The notes under the pieces are model-generated. The model ran no database searches and was not told the origin of the DNA. It saw only the letters and a program-made list of their open reading frames with translations. The position numbers were made by a program, and so were the translations under genes. From Eledone cirrhosa (Eukaryota): a stretch of DNA of 64,000 bases. This document shows, in pieces, positions 25,423 through 39,975 of the stretch. Where the stretch lies: contig OZ024743.1 in NCBI GenBank assembly GCA_964016885.1, forward strand, positions 220,534,001-220,598,000. Reading direction: 5' to 3'. Position 1 is the stretch's first letter; the number at the start of each line of letters is the position of its first letter.

Positions 25423-25810
25423 ATAAAGAAAGCGTGGTAAGGAACCAGGTGGACCATAACGCACCAGATTACTCCCTACTTAGGGTAGCAGGATGGGTAA
25501 GGGGAAAAGAGTCGGATTTAGCTGTCGAAACGGCCGGAGCTCAGCCGTCGGGGTCCTGAATCTTTTCCTGATGATGTTGCAGATGTGCAACAAAAGAACT
25601 TTGTTAGACTATATATATGTGTTTATATTTATATTATATCTGTATTTTTGACCGTTGGTCAGTCAGTGATAAACATTCAGCACCAAATGAATTAACTGAG
25701 GAGATATAAAAGATACAGAACCGAAAAACCAACCAAATAGTGAGTGTGTTCTGATATTATTTCTGGCAATATTATTACAACAATATGACCCTCCCCAAGT
25801 ATAACAATAT
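25421..25810 (+). mobile_element. Composite PLE pseudo-LTR remnants with a degenerate hammerhead
   Basis: 5' part matches 29321-29400; CTGATGA-tgttgca gatg tgcaaca-AAAgaac at about 25568-25600 (G of GAAA missing); 3' end matches the family A LTR end. Confidence 0.6.
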
Positions 25811-25955
25811 ATGTATATATATACAAATATAAATTACCGAGAATCGCATTTCGGCTATTGGAAATTAGCGAAAAACAAATTCCGAGATGTGTGGCAAGCG
25901 CTCCATAGAAGCTAGTGAACTAGAGCAACATATATATATGTATATATATGTATAT

Positions 25956-26014
<59 letters not shown>

Positions 26015-26369
26015 GAACAGCAGAGATATTCAAATTGCCAGAAATCATAGGAAGAAAGAAAAGGAGATGCAAAGACAAAGAAGAGAAAAATTGCGCTGGT
26101 ATGTGGTTATGTGATAAACTGAGATAAAAGAGAATGACAGAAGCTTAAAAGGAGACGACCACGCGTATATTTGTGCATGTGTGTGTGTATGTGTGTATGT
26201 CCGTGTGTGCATGTGTGTATGTGTATGTGTGTGTAAGGGAGAGTAACAGTAGAGATAGCTGTGGGATGTGTTCCTTGTGGTGATATGAGATAACGGATAA
26301 TGATGCTCGGTTATGTGTTAACAGTGTCAATTGTAGTGAATATAGCTCTATAGGGTTTAGTCAATAGAA

Positions 26370-26467
<98 letters not shown>

Positions 26468-27494
26468 AATAATTAAATAAATTCATAATAAATAAATAAA
26501 TAAATAAATGAATATATGAACTAACGATGAACCCTTAATACGATCTCAAAATCTGCTAGAAATAGCAGCCAAATCTTCAAAACTTCTTCCCTATTGTGTT
26601 AGATAAAAGAACACATATCGTAATAACAATAGGACTAACACAGTGTATATAGATAGCATAAAATATATGGACCTACATACATATGTTTGTGATAATATTT
26701 GGACACAGCATGACTGAATCGTGAATGAGTTCGTTTGACAGTTATATCTCGGGTTTGATCCCACTACGTGGCATCGTGGGCATGCGATATTTAACATAAC
26801 CTCGAATCGACCCATGCTTTGTGAGTGAAATTGGGTAGCCAGAAACTCTTTAGAAGCCTGTAGGATGGATTGTGTCAGTAATTCAAAGGACCAGCCTTAT
26901 TGCATTGAATTTGAATTTCAATGAAACTTACGTTAAGTGTACACGCATAAATTTCATGAGCATACTTTTCTGCTTATCAGACAACTAGAACACTCATCGT
27001 CGAAATCGACGGAGGTTCATTACATTACACGTATGATAAACAATAATCTCCGCGTGAGTATTTTAAGCTTGATCATATCACAGTTATCTCAGTACTGGGT
27101 CAGGAGTCATATATACATTAATATCGGAATAGTTATTTCTCGTGGATATTCACCTACTAACATTTTGTAATGTAGTCCTAAATATAAAAAGTACGGGATG
27201 ATCATGGCTGGAACGCTTTTTTGCACTATTAAAATCGACCAGAACTGACGTTTGGCTGAATAGCAACATTAACAAGAACAGCATTAATAAATAGTTTCAA
27301 AAAGCCGGTACAATGCGGTAGAAATATATAAAGGGCAAATGATGACTAATAAAACAAAACAAAGTAATGTTTTACCCAGTATATTTACCCAGACTATTCT
27401 ACCCTCTTTACAAATGTGGAACTGAAACAGTTCAAAAACAAAACACGAAAGTCGCCACTTCCAAATTTTTCTCTCTTAAAATACAAATGAGTGA

Positions 27495-27615
27495 AGGTGC
27501 GTGGCATAGTGGTTAGTGGGTTGAAATCAAGATTGTAAGTTCATGGGTTCGATTCGCAAACTGGTCTTGTCTTTGAGCAAGGCACTACATTTCTCCTTGC
27601 TCCAGTTCACTCATA
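27495..27615 (+). mobile_element. Second tRNA-derived SINE family (CORE-like), diverged; similar head at 32156-32240
   Basis: A-box tggcatagtggttag, B-box ggttcgattc, then tgtctttgagcaaggcactacattt. Confidence 0.6.
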
Positions 27616-29202
27616 TAAAAATCAGTTCCGGTGTAACTGGCGACTTAGTCTACGACGGACTCATTTGAATTGCATAACCTATAGTATTGTGTTCTGTGTA
27701 GTTAGTAAACCACATGCTATCATTTTATGCTCTCACGCGAACTATATGAAATAGAATTTTGTTCTCTAATGTTCACTAAAAATATATTTCACATTGAGAT
27801 TATCAGATTGCGGCTAACTTAACTGGAGCAACAAATATGAAGGTGTTAAGTGTTCTGGACTCCAGCCACTTTCTATATACATTCCACAATCAATTCCTCA
27901 TACTTTTATTTTCAGAATAATATAACTCAAACCGTCATTGATTGAAATAGACGTGTCTTTACAAAAAAGAATACAGCTAATCTTCATAACCCTGTAAAAC
28001 CCATTTTAAAGGGTTCTTATTTAAATTAAAATCATCTAATGTAATTTTATATCACTAACATTATTATGTTAGTAATGAAATAAATAATTGATAATTTTAG
28101 TTAATAAAGGTTGTCAGCTTCCGAATTACGGGCGAAGATTCAGAACACATCGACTTCACACATAGATTGTACATGGTCACCGATCTTCAGTAATAAGGAT
28201 GGGAGGAGACCTGACTAGACCAAAATAAGAAGCTTTTCTATTGTAACAGCCTTCCTAGATCTGGTATATATACGCAATATTTCAGTAAAATCTGCCACAT
28301 TTAATACATAATGACTAAATGACTAAATAAATTTAATTCAAGATACAGTGAAATTCATGATTCATCTACGAATAGGCTGCGAATAGGCAGAGTCGTTAGA
28401 TTTTCGCAGTATTCGTTCCAGTTCTCTGCGCTTTGGGTTCAAATCTCGTCAATGTCAAATTTGCATTTCAAACTTTGGAAGCTGATAAATAAAATGCCAG
28501 TTCAATACTCGGATAGATGTTTTCGCTATGCCACTTCCGCACTTTCTCTCGATGGATCTCCTTTTCTCTTTCTCTTTCAAATTCGTACCTGGAGAGATAG
28601 CTCCTCCAACTTTGAATGCTCAGGACAAACCGTATGCCGTGACAGCAACATGATGACACCATTTGGAGTTTAGGGTCAATCGATAGATGGACAGCTGGAT
28701 GGATGGATCGATCGATTGTATTACCTTGCCCACTAAACCATCCATTTTGTCAATATTTCATATTTTGATTTCAGAAAATGAACAGAAAACGTTATATCTC
28801 GTAAAATATATCCGTTCACCATTGCATGTAAAAAAGAAAAGAAAAGAGGAAAACAAACACCAACTAATTACAAAATTGTTTAGAGAAGAGAATGGTTCTC
28901 TCCCTAAACAGCTATTTTACATCGACGTCCTTCTGGCCGGAAAGTGCTAAGCTGAATATAAGCCGATGTTAATTTCCCCCAGAAAAAGGAAATTTATAGA
29001 AATGATCTATAGATTCTGTTAAGGCAATGTGCTATCTGACCACTAAATAAATTCTAATGAAATTTTTACAGTCTATTTCTCTGTTAGCTTTAATCTTTGT
29101 CGATATTAAACTGTTTTGGAGTTCAGCCAAATTAACTTTCACATTAAACCTCTTCTACAGACGCATATATATATATACAAACCTACACACACACACACAC
29201 AT

Positions 29203-29516
<314 letters not shown>

Positions 29517-29863
29517 ATATATATATAATACTTCATAATATAGTATACGATATATTACATTACACTATATGATATATTACATTACACTGCAGTGTATTAT
29601 ATCTCAACGACGTAGGTTGACGAATTTAACCGCTTATATTATAATACAATAAATTTACTTCTTCATCGATGAACGAAGTTGTGCCGTCTACGTTCTCTGC
29701 TTCTTAATTTCATTCACTTGTAAACTTTTTCAGTATCGGAACAGTCAATAGTCAATATGTATTAAGGACAGAACATTCTCTTCAATAAGTCTAGATAAAA
29801 TCAAATTAACTCTTTTTTGTTATTAGCATAAATGTATTGTAGAACACATCAGTATATATATAT

Positions 29864-29958
<95 letters not shown>

Positions 29959-30059
29959 ATATATGTCAATATATATATATATATATATATATATATTTCA
30001 AGCGTTAAACTAATATATTTCTTGATTTTACGGAGTTATTTCTGTTTACTTTTTACATA

Positions 30060-30257
<198 letters not shown>

Positions 30258-30734
30258 AGTGAGCGTGTAAAATGTATGTGTATGTCGTAGTTATAGAGTT
30301 AAATTACATACAAATCGAGACAATTCATTTTAATTATGCCATTAATGCTTTTGAAAACGACATGAATATCATACAATCTATTTTGTTTCTCCTTTTCTCT
30401 CATAAAAACGCTGAGATTGTAAACTAAATAAGTTAACAGAATGGTCTATGGACTAAATAAGTAATCAATATAAATATATAAAGACACTGGAGTGCGATAG
30501 AATGTTTTTTTTTTATTCAGGAATGCAAGTACACCCTTCTAAGATTTTTATCTATGAAACATGAGCTAAGATAAAACTTTTAGGCACTCTCAGCTTTGCT
30601 GAAGACATTTATATTGTTACAATACATCATATATTACATTTCTTATTTAGGTACAAGTTCTAGTAATGGGTTCTCTACTATGAATATCTTCTTGTAGTAG
30701 AAAGACATTAATAAATTCACATAGTATAAGGGGA

Positions 30735-31872
30735 ATCAGGGACAGAGATCAATAATTGATTTTGCTATTGTCTCTGATCTCTTCTAATCTGTGATGGATG
30801 TTCGTGTTAAGTGAGGGCCTGAGATGTCAACTGATCATCATTCAGTTATCTGCCACCTGAGTCTAATTTAAGCCATGAAAGCCTACAGAACATGCAGGTC
30901 CAGCTCGACCTACAGGATAAAACGGGAAGCATTGGTGGATGAGGAAGTCAGGTAAAGGTTTGCGGATACTACTGCATCCAAATTCAAAGAACTCCCTGAG
31001 CTGACTAAGAACGTTGAAATGGAGTAGAGATTGTTCAGCTCGGTAGTTTCTGCTTCAGCTGTTAAATGTTGTGGGTGAAAGCGACTATTTGTGGCGCCGG
31101 GTTGCAGGAGGAGCCCCTTGATTCAATCAAGAGGTCAGAGATGCCAACCGTGCGAAGAAGGAGTCTTACAAAGCTTGGCTTGGAAATAAGTCCTCCTTCT
31201 TTTACTTCCAGTACAAGTAGGCATGGAAAGTCGCAGCAGAGACAGTAAAGGTGTCCAAAGTTAAGACATAGGAAGACTTTGGGGTTAAGCTGGAAGCCAA
31301 ATTTAGACCAGCAACTAACGTGTTCTGGCAGACTATTCACCGATATCGTAAACAGTCTTCCTCCATGCCTGCTCTCAGGAACGCGAATGGGGTTCTCCAC
31401 ATTTAAGCTGGTGCTTCCTGAAGGGCTAGAGAGAATACTTTGCTGATCTCCTAAGCCCTGTAAAATATCTTCAGATATACAGTAGGTGCATCTGAGAGCG
31501 ATGAATAAACTCTTGGAGGATGAGGTCACAAAAGCAATTAAAGGCCCTAAACATGGCAAGGTCACTGGAAGGTTGGGGTTGGGGGGGGGGGGGGGGGGTT
31601 AGGCCCAAGATATTAAAAGCCTTGAATAGAGATGCATTCTCTGGCTGACGCGTGTGTGCCGTGTGGCCTGGATCTCTGGAAAGGCACATAAGTAATGGGA
31701 ATCGGGAGTGATAATCCCAATTTACAAAAGAGGAGTGAAGAGAGATTGCCCCAAATCATAGACGTATCTATTTGTTAAACCTCCTAGGTAAAGTCTATGC
31801 TAAGTGTCTGGCAAAGAGATGTAGGGATATTGTCAAGTTCAAGCTAGCTGACGAATAGTGTAGTTTTCGCAA
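30735..31872 (+). pseudogene. Heavily decayed RTE-clade (Expander-like) LINE fragment: end of APE to start of RT
   Basis: Manual translation: QRSIIDFAIVS...MDVRVK*GPEMSTDHHSV; EVTKAIK...GK; WLTRVC; GVIIPIYKRG; LGKVYAKCLAKRCR. Confidence 0.75.
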
Positions 31873-31941
31873 TACTGGAATGGTATTGTATCCTACCTTG
31901 TACAATTATGAAAATCCATTATACTAACATAATATATATTG

Positions 31942-32135
31942 ATTTCTAATTTAGGCACAATGTCAGCATATTTGGAGCAAAAGCAAAGTTGTTTAAATGA
32001 ACCCCAATACTTCACTGATATTCTATTTTATCGATCCTGTAAGGAAGAAATGCAAGCTTTAGAACGTAAAGAACTAGAACAAATACTGCAATGACATTTT
32101 ATCCGACGGTCTACCAATTCTGCCAATCCATCGCC
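31942..32135 (-). mobile_element. tRNA-derived SINE (old copy)
   Basis: tttatcgatcctgtaagga and tctgccaatcc match the dominant family. Confidence 0.6.
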
Positions 32136-32584
32136 ATAACATATATTCAAACGCGAAGGCGTGTGGCTTAGTGGTCAAACTTTGCATCCCACTCACGTGA
32201 GTTCGATTCTCTGTGACAATCCATTATACTTCATGTTGCTTCTGTCTTCCACCTAACAAATTTCTCTCGCCAGGACATTAATCAACACGAGGTTAATACT
32301 AGAATAGAAAACATTTGCCTAATGTATCGCCGCGTAGTGAAATTGAACCCGATGTAACGAACGTGGTTACGAAGCGAACCTCTTAACCAGACAGCCACCA
32401 TCTATGCCTGTATGCGAAGGTAATTAAAATCAATTCAGACACAATTATTCAGATATATTCATCTACTTCTCACACTCTTGAACAATTTAAAGATGTTTAT
32501 TATTCTCTTAATGGCATGTTTTACCAAATAAGAAATAAATATATTTCCTTTTATTTAATTTAATGTATTTTTGTCTTTGTTCGT

Positions 32585-32851
32585 GTAGCTGTTGTTGTTG
32601 TTGTTGTTGTTGTCCTCGTTATAGTTATTGTTTGTGTGCTTGTTGTTGTTACTGTTGTTGCTGTTGTTACCTTTCTTGTTGTTGTTGCAGTTGTTGTTGT
32701 GATGCAGTTTATTATTATTGCTGCAGCTGATGCTGTCTTTGTCGATGTTGGCGTTACACTTGCTGTTGTTGTTTTTGTTGTTGCTGCTTATAGTGTTGTA
32801 ACTATTATTGTTGTTGTTGCAATTCTTGTTGCTGTTGCTGTTGCTGTTGCT

Positions 32852-32907
<56 letters not shown>

Positions 32908-33585
32908 GATGCAGTTATTATTATCGCTGCAGCTGATTGTTACTGTTGACGTCAGTCTTGCTATTGATGTTTTCGTTGCTATTGTTGTTGTTGCTGCTTA
33001 TGTTGTAACTATTGTTGTTGCTGCAATTCTTACTGCAGTTGCTGTTGATGTTGTTGCTGTTACCTCTGCTGCTGTAATTGCTTTAGCTATTGCTGTTGTT
33101 GCTTCTGTTGATGATACTGTTGCTATTGTTACCTCTGCTGCTGTTGCTGTTGTTGTTGATCCAACTTTTGTTGCTGCTGTTGTTGTTATTGCTGTTGCTG
33201 TTGTTACTTCTCCTTGTTGATGCTGTTGCTGTTATTGTTGCTGTTGTTGATTTAACTTTTGTTGCTGCTGTTGTTGTTGTTGTTGATGCTGTTGTTATTT
33301 ATTAACTCTGCCTCTGCTGTTGTTGTTGTTGTTGTTGTTGTTGTTGCTGATGTTGATATTACTTCTGTTGTTGATCTCGCTATTGTTAACTCTGCTGCTG
33401 TTGTTGTTGTTGCTGTTGTTATTATTGCTGTTGTTGATCTAACTTTTGTTGCTGTTCGTTGCTGATGCTGTTGTGATTATTAACTCTGTCTCTGTTGTTC
33501 TTGTTGATCTTGCTTTTGTTGTTGATGTTGTTGATGTTGTTGATGTTGTTGATGTTGTTGTTGTTGTTGCTGTTGCTGTTGTTCT
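32585..33585. repeat. Degenerate (GTT/GCT)n trinucleotide array, about 1 kb
   Basis: Direct reading. Confidence 0.93.
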
Positions 33586-33814
33586 TGAAACAAATTGATT
33601 TGTCACGACATAAACAAATATTTTCTCATTAGTGATTATATCATTTTACTAAATGTATATTGTTATTCTGTCATGAATATGTTTCTCTCATCAAATCCTT
33701 CACCTCCTCTGTCGACATATCTCTATCTTGTAGTTATATATATTTTGAAATCAATTTTAACTTTGTTTTAAAATGGTGGCTCCATAATCAATGAGATTTT
33801 AATATAATATTATT

Positions 33815-34385
33815 AGGCAGTATCAGTAGAGCGTCGGACAAAATGTTTGCGACATTTTTTCCCTGTTCTCTATATTGTGAATTCAAATAACACCAAGGTT
33901 AATTTAGTTGTTCATCCGTCCGGATTCGATAAAATAAAGTACCAGTCAAATACTCAGGTCGATATAAACGGCGCTGCCCCCCATAAATAGCAGGCCTTAT
34001 CCTAGATTAGAATTATAGTTTGGTGATTGTTAAGTATGTTACTTTAGGCGGTGGATTGGCAGGGTCATTATAATGGTTTCTACTACAAACACAAGGCCAG
34101 CAATTTGGGGAGAGGGGAAAGTCGATTAAATCGATCCCAGTGTATTACTGGTACTTTAATTTATCGACTCCGTAAAGATGAAAGGCAAAGTTAACCTCGG
34201 CGAGATTTGAACTCAGAACGTAAAGAGCCATAACTCTATGCCACAAAGCATAGTGTCTGACGCTCTACCGATTCTGTCAATCCACCACCCTCTTGGCAGA
34301 GTCAAATAATGTCGGATGCTTTGCGATATTTGTTCCGATTCTCTGGCGCTCTGAGTTCAAACTCCACCAAGATCAACTTTAGTTT
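33815..34385. mobile_element. Cluster of SINE copies (33815-34015 +, 34075-34290 -, 34291-34385 + partial)
   Basis: Same head, core and tail motifs as 15919-16105. Confidence 0.75.
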
Positions 34386-34654
34386 AAAAAATATTCAGGC
34401 CAATAAATATATTACCATTCTAGTACTGTCATCGATTTTTCCTCACTATCTCCTTCATTTCTTTAATATCACTAGCTTTCTCACTGTTTCCCTGGAACAA
34501 ATCTGCTGTGCTCAGATCTGGAGAGGAGCTGGACTTCACCGGGTTTGAAATAACCAAGGCAGGGTGTATGTAACGACGGAGACCCTACATTTCTTAATAA
34601 ACCTACGTTAATTTTTGAACAACGGATACTTTTTACTTTTGTTTTGGCTACTTT

Positions 34655-34659
34655 ACTAT

Positions 34660-34712
<53 letters not shown>

Positions 34713-34755
34713 TTGCTGCTGCTGCTGCTGTGGCTCCTGCTACTACTACTACTAT

Positions 34756-34815
<60 letters not shown>
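34655..34815. repeat. (TAC)n microsatellite with a (GCT)n interruption
   Basis: Direct reading. Confidence 0.95.
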
Positions 34816-35018
34816 ATAATGGGTTGGTTGATTGATGAGCATAAAGATTACAGTTAAGGCAGAAATTTTATTGATTTAAATTTATCGAGTATATAACATT
34901 TGTTAAAGAAAACTAAAACCATCACAGAATTTAAAGATTTTTTGTCTCTGTTTTAATAATTCTTATAATGGAAATAGGCTCAACTCACACACACATCTCT
35001 TACTTCCTCTTTTCATAT

Positions 35019-35068
<50 letters not shown>

Positions 35069-35142
35069 CTGTGTATAGTTAACATAAAACAAGAAACCAA
35101 GGTAGTTAATGAACTGTATGTATATGCATATGTATATGTACA

Positions 35143-35207
<65 letters not shown>

Positions 35208-35569
35208 GTACACACACACACATATACACATATATAGAGAGAGAATGAGAGAGTTTGCGGTGCTGAGAACGAGGAGACAACTAATCATGGGAGAACTCAA
35301 TGCATGGGGAGTTGCAAAGGTGGTATAGAGATAGGGAAATTCCCAACCACGGCACCAAGCGGTTTCGGCTTGTGACAGCGCTCTTTCAACTTCATGAGTG
35401 GGCGCTGTCTCTGGCCGTTTGATTTGTACCGAAATAAATTTATATATGTGTCTTTTTGGCAGTTGCTGCCAATACCGCATGTGAGACGGCTATGTCAGCC
35501 ATTTGAGTAGCTTGGTGCCTTTCTTCAAAATATCCAAATTGAATATTTGGGTGATTTTAGTGGAAGCGG

Positions 35570-36200
35570 AAACTTAGATCGTAAAGGGCCGTAACTCGAT
35601 GCTGCACAGCATGGTGTCCGACATTCTACTGATACTGCCAATCCACCTATTAATTGTTTTGGCACAAGGCCAGCAATTATCCCAGGAATTACTGATACTT
35701 TATGAAAGTCAAAGTTGACCTCGGCGGAATTTGAACTCCGAGAGCAGAGTGCAGGAACGAATACCGTACAGCGTTCTATTCGACATTCTAACGACTCTGT
35801 CAACCCACTTAATAATAATAATAATTGTTTCTACTTTTGACACAAGGCCAGCAATTACCCAGTACATTACTGGTACTTTATTTTATCGACCCCGTAAGGA
35901 TGAAAAGCAAAGTTAACCTCGGCGGGATTTGAACTCAGACTGTAAAGGGACGTAACTCTGCTAGAAAGCATGGCGTCCAAAATGATTTCTAGTATAGGCA
36001 CAAGGTCAGTAATTTGGGTGGAGGGGAAAATCGATTAAATCGACCCCAGTACGTTACTGGTGCTTTAATTTATCGACCCTTTAAGGATGAAAGGCAAAGG
36101 CAACTTCGGCGGAATTTGAACTCAGACCGCAAAGGGCCGTAATTCTATGTCATGAAGCATGTTGTCCGACGCTCTACGGATACTGCCAATCGACTGCCCT
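35570..36200 (-). mobile_element. Head-to-tail run of four SINE copies
   Basis: ggcacaagg tail at about 35660, 35840 and 35997; gatttgaactc B-box repeated; partial head at 35570-35648. Confidence 0.8.
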
Positions 36201-36318
36201 ATAATAATAATAGGAAAAATGAGGAGGTGGTGGAGGCGGAGGAGTAGAAGAAGAAAGTTTAACGTGAAGTATGGAATCATAAAAATATGAAAATAATCTT
36301 AGAAAAAGGAACGGTTTT

Positions 36319-36587
36319 TCTCAAACTATTCAATCTCATGAAAAAATCGAAATTGTAGAGTAAAGCAATCTCAACAGAATTTTAACGCATAAAACATCTA
36401 TAGAAATGTTTTCTACACATCTATGTAGGTGTGTATATATTCATGTATGTATGTATGTCTGTCTGTATGTATGTATGTATGTATGTATGTATCTCAAACT
36501 ATTCAATCTCATGAAAAAATCGAAATTGTAGAGTAAAGCAATCTCAACAGAATTTTAACGCATAAAACATCTATAGAAATGTTTTAC
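36319..36587. repeat. About 95-bp direct duplication separated by (TGTA)n
   Basis: tctcaaactattcaatctc...catctatagaaatgtttt at 36319-36412 and again at 36492-36585. Confidence 0.9.
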
Positions 36588-36925
36588 ATACACACACTCA
36601 TAGACACAAACATACACACACTCATAGACACACACATACACACACTCATAGACACAAACATACACGCACAAGCACACGCAAACACGCATATAAACACACA
36701 CTGATCCACACACACACACACACACATATACACACAGTGACTCACACACACATAGGCACGCACACACGACCCACACCCGACACACTCGCATACAAGTATG
36801 TATGCATCTATGTGTGTGTGTGTATGTATGTATTTATGCATGTATGTATGTGTGTGTGTATGTATGGGTGTGTGTATGTATGTATGTATGTATGTATGTA
36901 TGTATGTATGTATGTATGTATGTAT

Positions 36926-37490
36926 GTCAGGTCACCAGTTGGTGCTACTGGTAACATGTATCCCAGTACAACCTGTCCCGTGGTCGGGTCGTTGGTGACT
37001 AAACTGGCAACCCGACCAAGGTTTCTTGGTGAGGAGGGTGGCTTTGGACATCCTGCAGGACTGAAAACAAAACCTGTCAAAGGGCAAAGGAGCTCTTAAG
37101 AGTCAATGGCCATCCAAAATCACCGGGAGAGATGACCCCTTAGCCTTTGTCAAGGCAGAATTCTAGGAGAAGGAAAACTCTGATATAACACCTGCAACCC
37201 TGATGGTATCCAATGATGTTGACTTGTTCTTCTTTTTGGTAAATATCATCTTGGTTAAGAGAGTGGGACTGGATTCGTGCAGTACCTTTGCTCACTATAA
37301 AAGCTTCACGGCACAGGCATTGCTTTATATCTAGAGATCCCTCTGCACTTGTTGTCACATGGTACTATGGGCCCAGCACTGTGTCAATAATTGTCACAAG
37401 TGTAGTGTGTGTACCAGAGTGCATCGGTAGGGGTTCTCCTACATGGATATAAAGTGGTGGCCGTACTCGAAAACGAGTTGGCAGCCACCA
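36926..37490 (+). mobile_element. Non-autonomous bipartite RTE-derived element, copy with complete 5' end
   Basis: Structured 5' head, RTE 5' UTR motif and 3' end; (TGTA)n on both sides. Confidence 0.78.
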
Positions 37491-37519
37491 TGTATGTATG
37501 TATGCATGTATGTATGTAT

Positions 37520-37914
37520 TTAGCCTTTGTCAAGGCATAATTCTAGGAGAAGGAAAACTCTGATATAACACCTGAAACCCTGATGGTATCCAATGATGTT
37601 GAATTGTTCTTCTTTTTGGTAAATATCATCTTGGTTAAGAGAGTGGGACTGGCTTTGTGCAGTGCCTTTGCTCACTATAAAAGTTTCACAGCACAGGCAT
37701 TGCTTTATATCTGGAGATATCTCTGCACTTGTCGTCACATGGTATCATGGGCCCATCACTATGTATCAATAATTGTCACAAGTGTAGTGTTTGTACCAGA
37801 GCTTTCAAGTCGCTGGCTGGACTGAAAAGTCACACTCGTTCAGCGCATTGGTAGGGGTTCTCCTACATGGATATAAAGTAGTGGCCGTACTCGAAAACGA
37901 GTTGGCAGCCACCA
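37520..37914 (+). mobile_element. Tandem 5'-truncated copy of the RTE-derived element
   Basis: Near-identical to 13470-13865; retains [22 protein letters not shown]. Confidence 0.78.
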
Positions 37915-38099
37915 TGTATGTATTTATGCGTGGATGGGTGTATCTATGTATGTATATACTTATGTATGTATGTATATACTTATGTATGTATGAATGTATG
38001 TATGAATGTATGTATGAATGTATGTATGTATATATGTGTGTATGCGCGTGTGTGTGTTTATGTATGTATGTATGCATGTATGTATGTATGTACGTATAC

Positions 38100-38151
<52 letters not shown>

Positions 38152-39044
38152 AGGTATGTATATATGCATCTATGCATATATATGTTGGTATGAATATATA
38201 TATAGAGTTTTATACACACACACATGCACACGCACACATGCACACACACACGCACACGCACATGCACACGCACACATACACACATACACACATACACACA
38301 CACATATATATATAATTACTTATTTATGGATTTCATCTCGAGTAGTTTTTCCCACAGCTCCAATTTGATGTGTAAACATGGTTAATGCAAAAATACAAAT
38401 AAACACCATCATGAACAAAAACTAATCAACTAATATTAATAATAGAACAAATATTCATATTTCTAGAGTATAAAGCATAAAAAGCAAAAGGCCCCCATCC
38501 TCCATAAAAACAATAACTACAACAACACACACAAACATTCCTAATGACCGTTTTTATCACTACCATTGATTCTATTGATATATGAAGCTTATTGACTCTT
38601 ATTGAGTCTACTGGGAAACATTGATAACAATTGAATGATGGCACTTTATTAATTGGTTCCTATACGGACTGAGGGTTTTAATTAAGCTTCTGATAAGTTA
38701 ATGATAAAACAGTCGTGTTCATGTCATCATAGATATATAAAGATATCATGGATTCTCCGTCGATTTTCGACGCGGAGCACTCTGTTGATCCATCAACTGA
38801 GCTGTCTAACTCGTGAGTTAATGAGTAACTATTTGAGTATTTTGCAGACACGTGTACTCTTAACGTAATTCCGCAGACGTGTGCTCCCTTAACGTGTACT
38901 TCACCTTGTGTGTCAGCGGGAGATAATAGGGGACAAGGCCGGTTCTTTGAATTATATATATATACAATGCATTCGATGGACAAGCTTGCATATAGTTTTC
39001 GTCTACTTAATTTACTCGCAATTTCCCAGGATGCTATGCAATAG

Positions 39045-39975
39045 GATCGAATCCGGCTTAATGATTTTGAAGCTAACTTCTTAATCTGTTAGCCATGTCT
39101 GTTAAGAAATGCCTCTAAACACTTCTTAACCCGTTAGCCATGTCTGTCAAGAGTTGCCTCTAAACACTTCTTAACGCGTTAGCCATGACTATATCAAGAG
39201 ATGACTCTAAACACTTCTGAACGCGTTAGTCATGTCTATGTTAAGAGATGCGCTAAACACTTCTTATAACCCGTTAGCCATGTCTGTGAGAATAGTTGCC
39301 TCTAAACACTTCTTAACCCGTTAGCCATGTCTGTGAAAGTAGTTGCCTCTAAACACTTCTTAACCCGTTAGCCATGTCTGTGAAAATAGTTGCCTCTAAA
39401 TACTTCTTAACCCGTTAGCCATGTCTGTGAGAATAGTTGCCTCTAAACACTTCTTAACCTGTTAGCCATGTCTGTGAAAGTAGTTGCCTCTAAACACTTC
39501 TTAACCCGTTAGCCATGTCTGTGAAAATAGTTGCCTCTAAATACTTCTTAACCCCTTAGTCATGTATGTGTGTATAGTTGCTCTAAACACATCTTAAACT
39601 GTTAGCCATGCCCATTTAAGAGATGCCTCTGGACACATCCTAACCCGTTATCCATGTCCATGTCTATGTCAACAGATGCCTCTAAACTCGTCTTAAACCG
39701 TTAGACATGCCTCTGAACACTTCATAACCCTTTAGCCATGTCTGTTAAAAGATGCCGCTAAACTCGTCATAAGTCGTTAGCCATGTCTGTTAAGAGATGC
39801 CTCTTAACTCGTGTTAACCCGTTAGCCATGTCTCTCAAGAGAGGACTCTAAACACTTCTTAACCCGTTAGCCATGTCTATCAAGAGAGGACTCTAAACAC
39901 TTCTTCAACCGCTAGTCATACCTGTGTTAAGAGATGCCTCTAAACTCCTCTTCGTAACCCGTTAGCCATGTTCTA
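39045..39975 (-). repeat. 45-47 bp minisatellite (about 20 units) derived from a tRNA-SINE 5' end
   Basis: Unit aaacacttcttaacccgttagccatgtctgtgaaa.tagttgcctct; the first unit is continuous with a B-box (ggattcgatcc on minus). Confidence 0.85.

Noticed and set aside
27495-27570. tRNA gene
   Set aside because: A and B boxes are present but there is no convincing cloverleaf, and it runs into a SINE body; the same applies to the other SINE heads.
32636-33465. Hydrophobic Val/Ala/Leu ORFs as membrane proteins
   Set aside because: Products of (GTT/GCT)n repeats.
35255-35330. LIMGELNAW as an APE endonuclease GDxNA motif
   Set aside because: Single short motif with no supporting neighbouring motifs.
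36945-37040. Twister or HDV ribozyme call for the RTE-derived head
   Set aside because: UAA and ACAAC-like pieces are present, but the required pseudoknot pairings could not be fitted; kept only as an unassigned structured RNA.
39045-39975. CRISPR-like array
   Set aside because: Units are contiguous tandem repeats without unique spacers; eukaryotic context; no cas genes.
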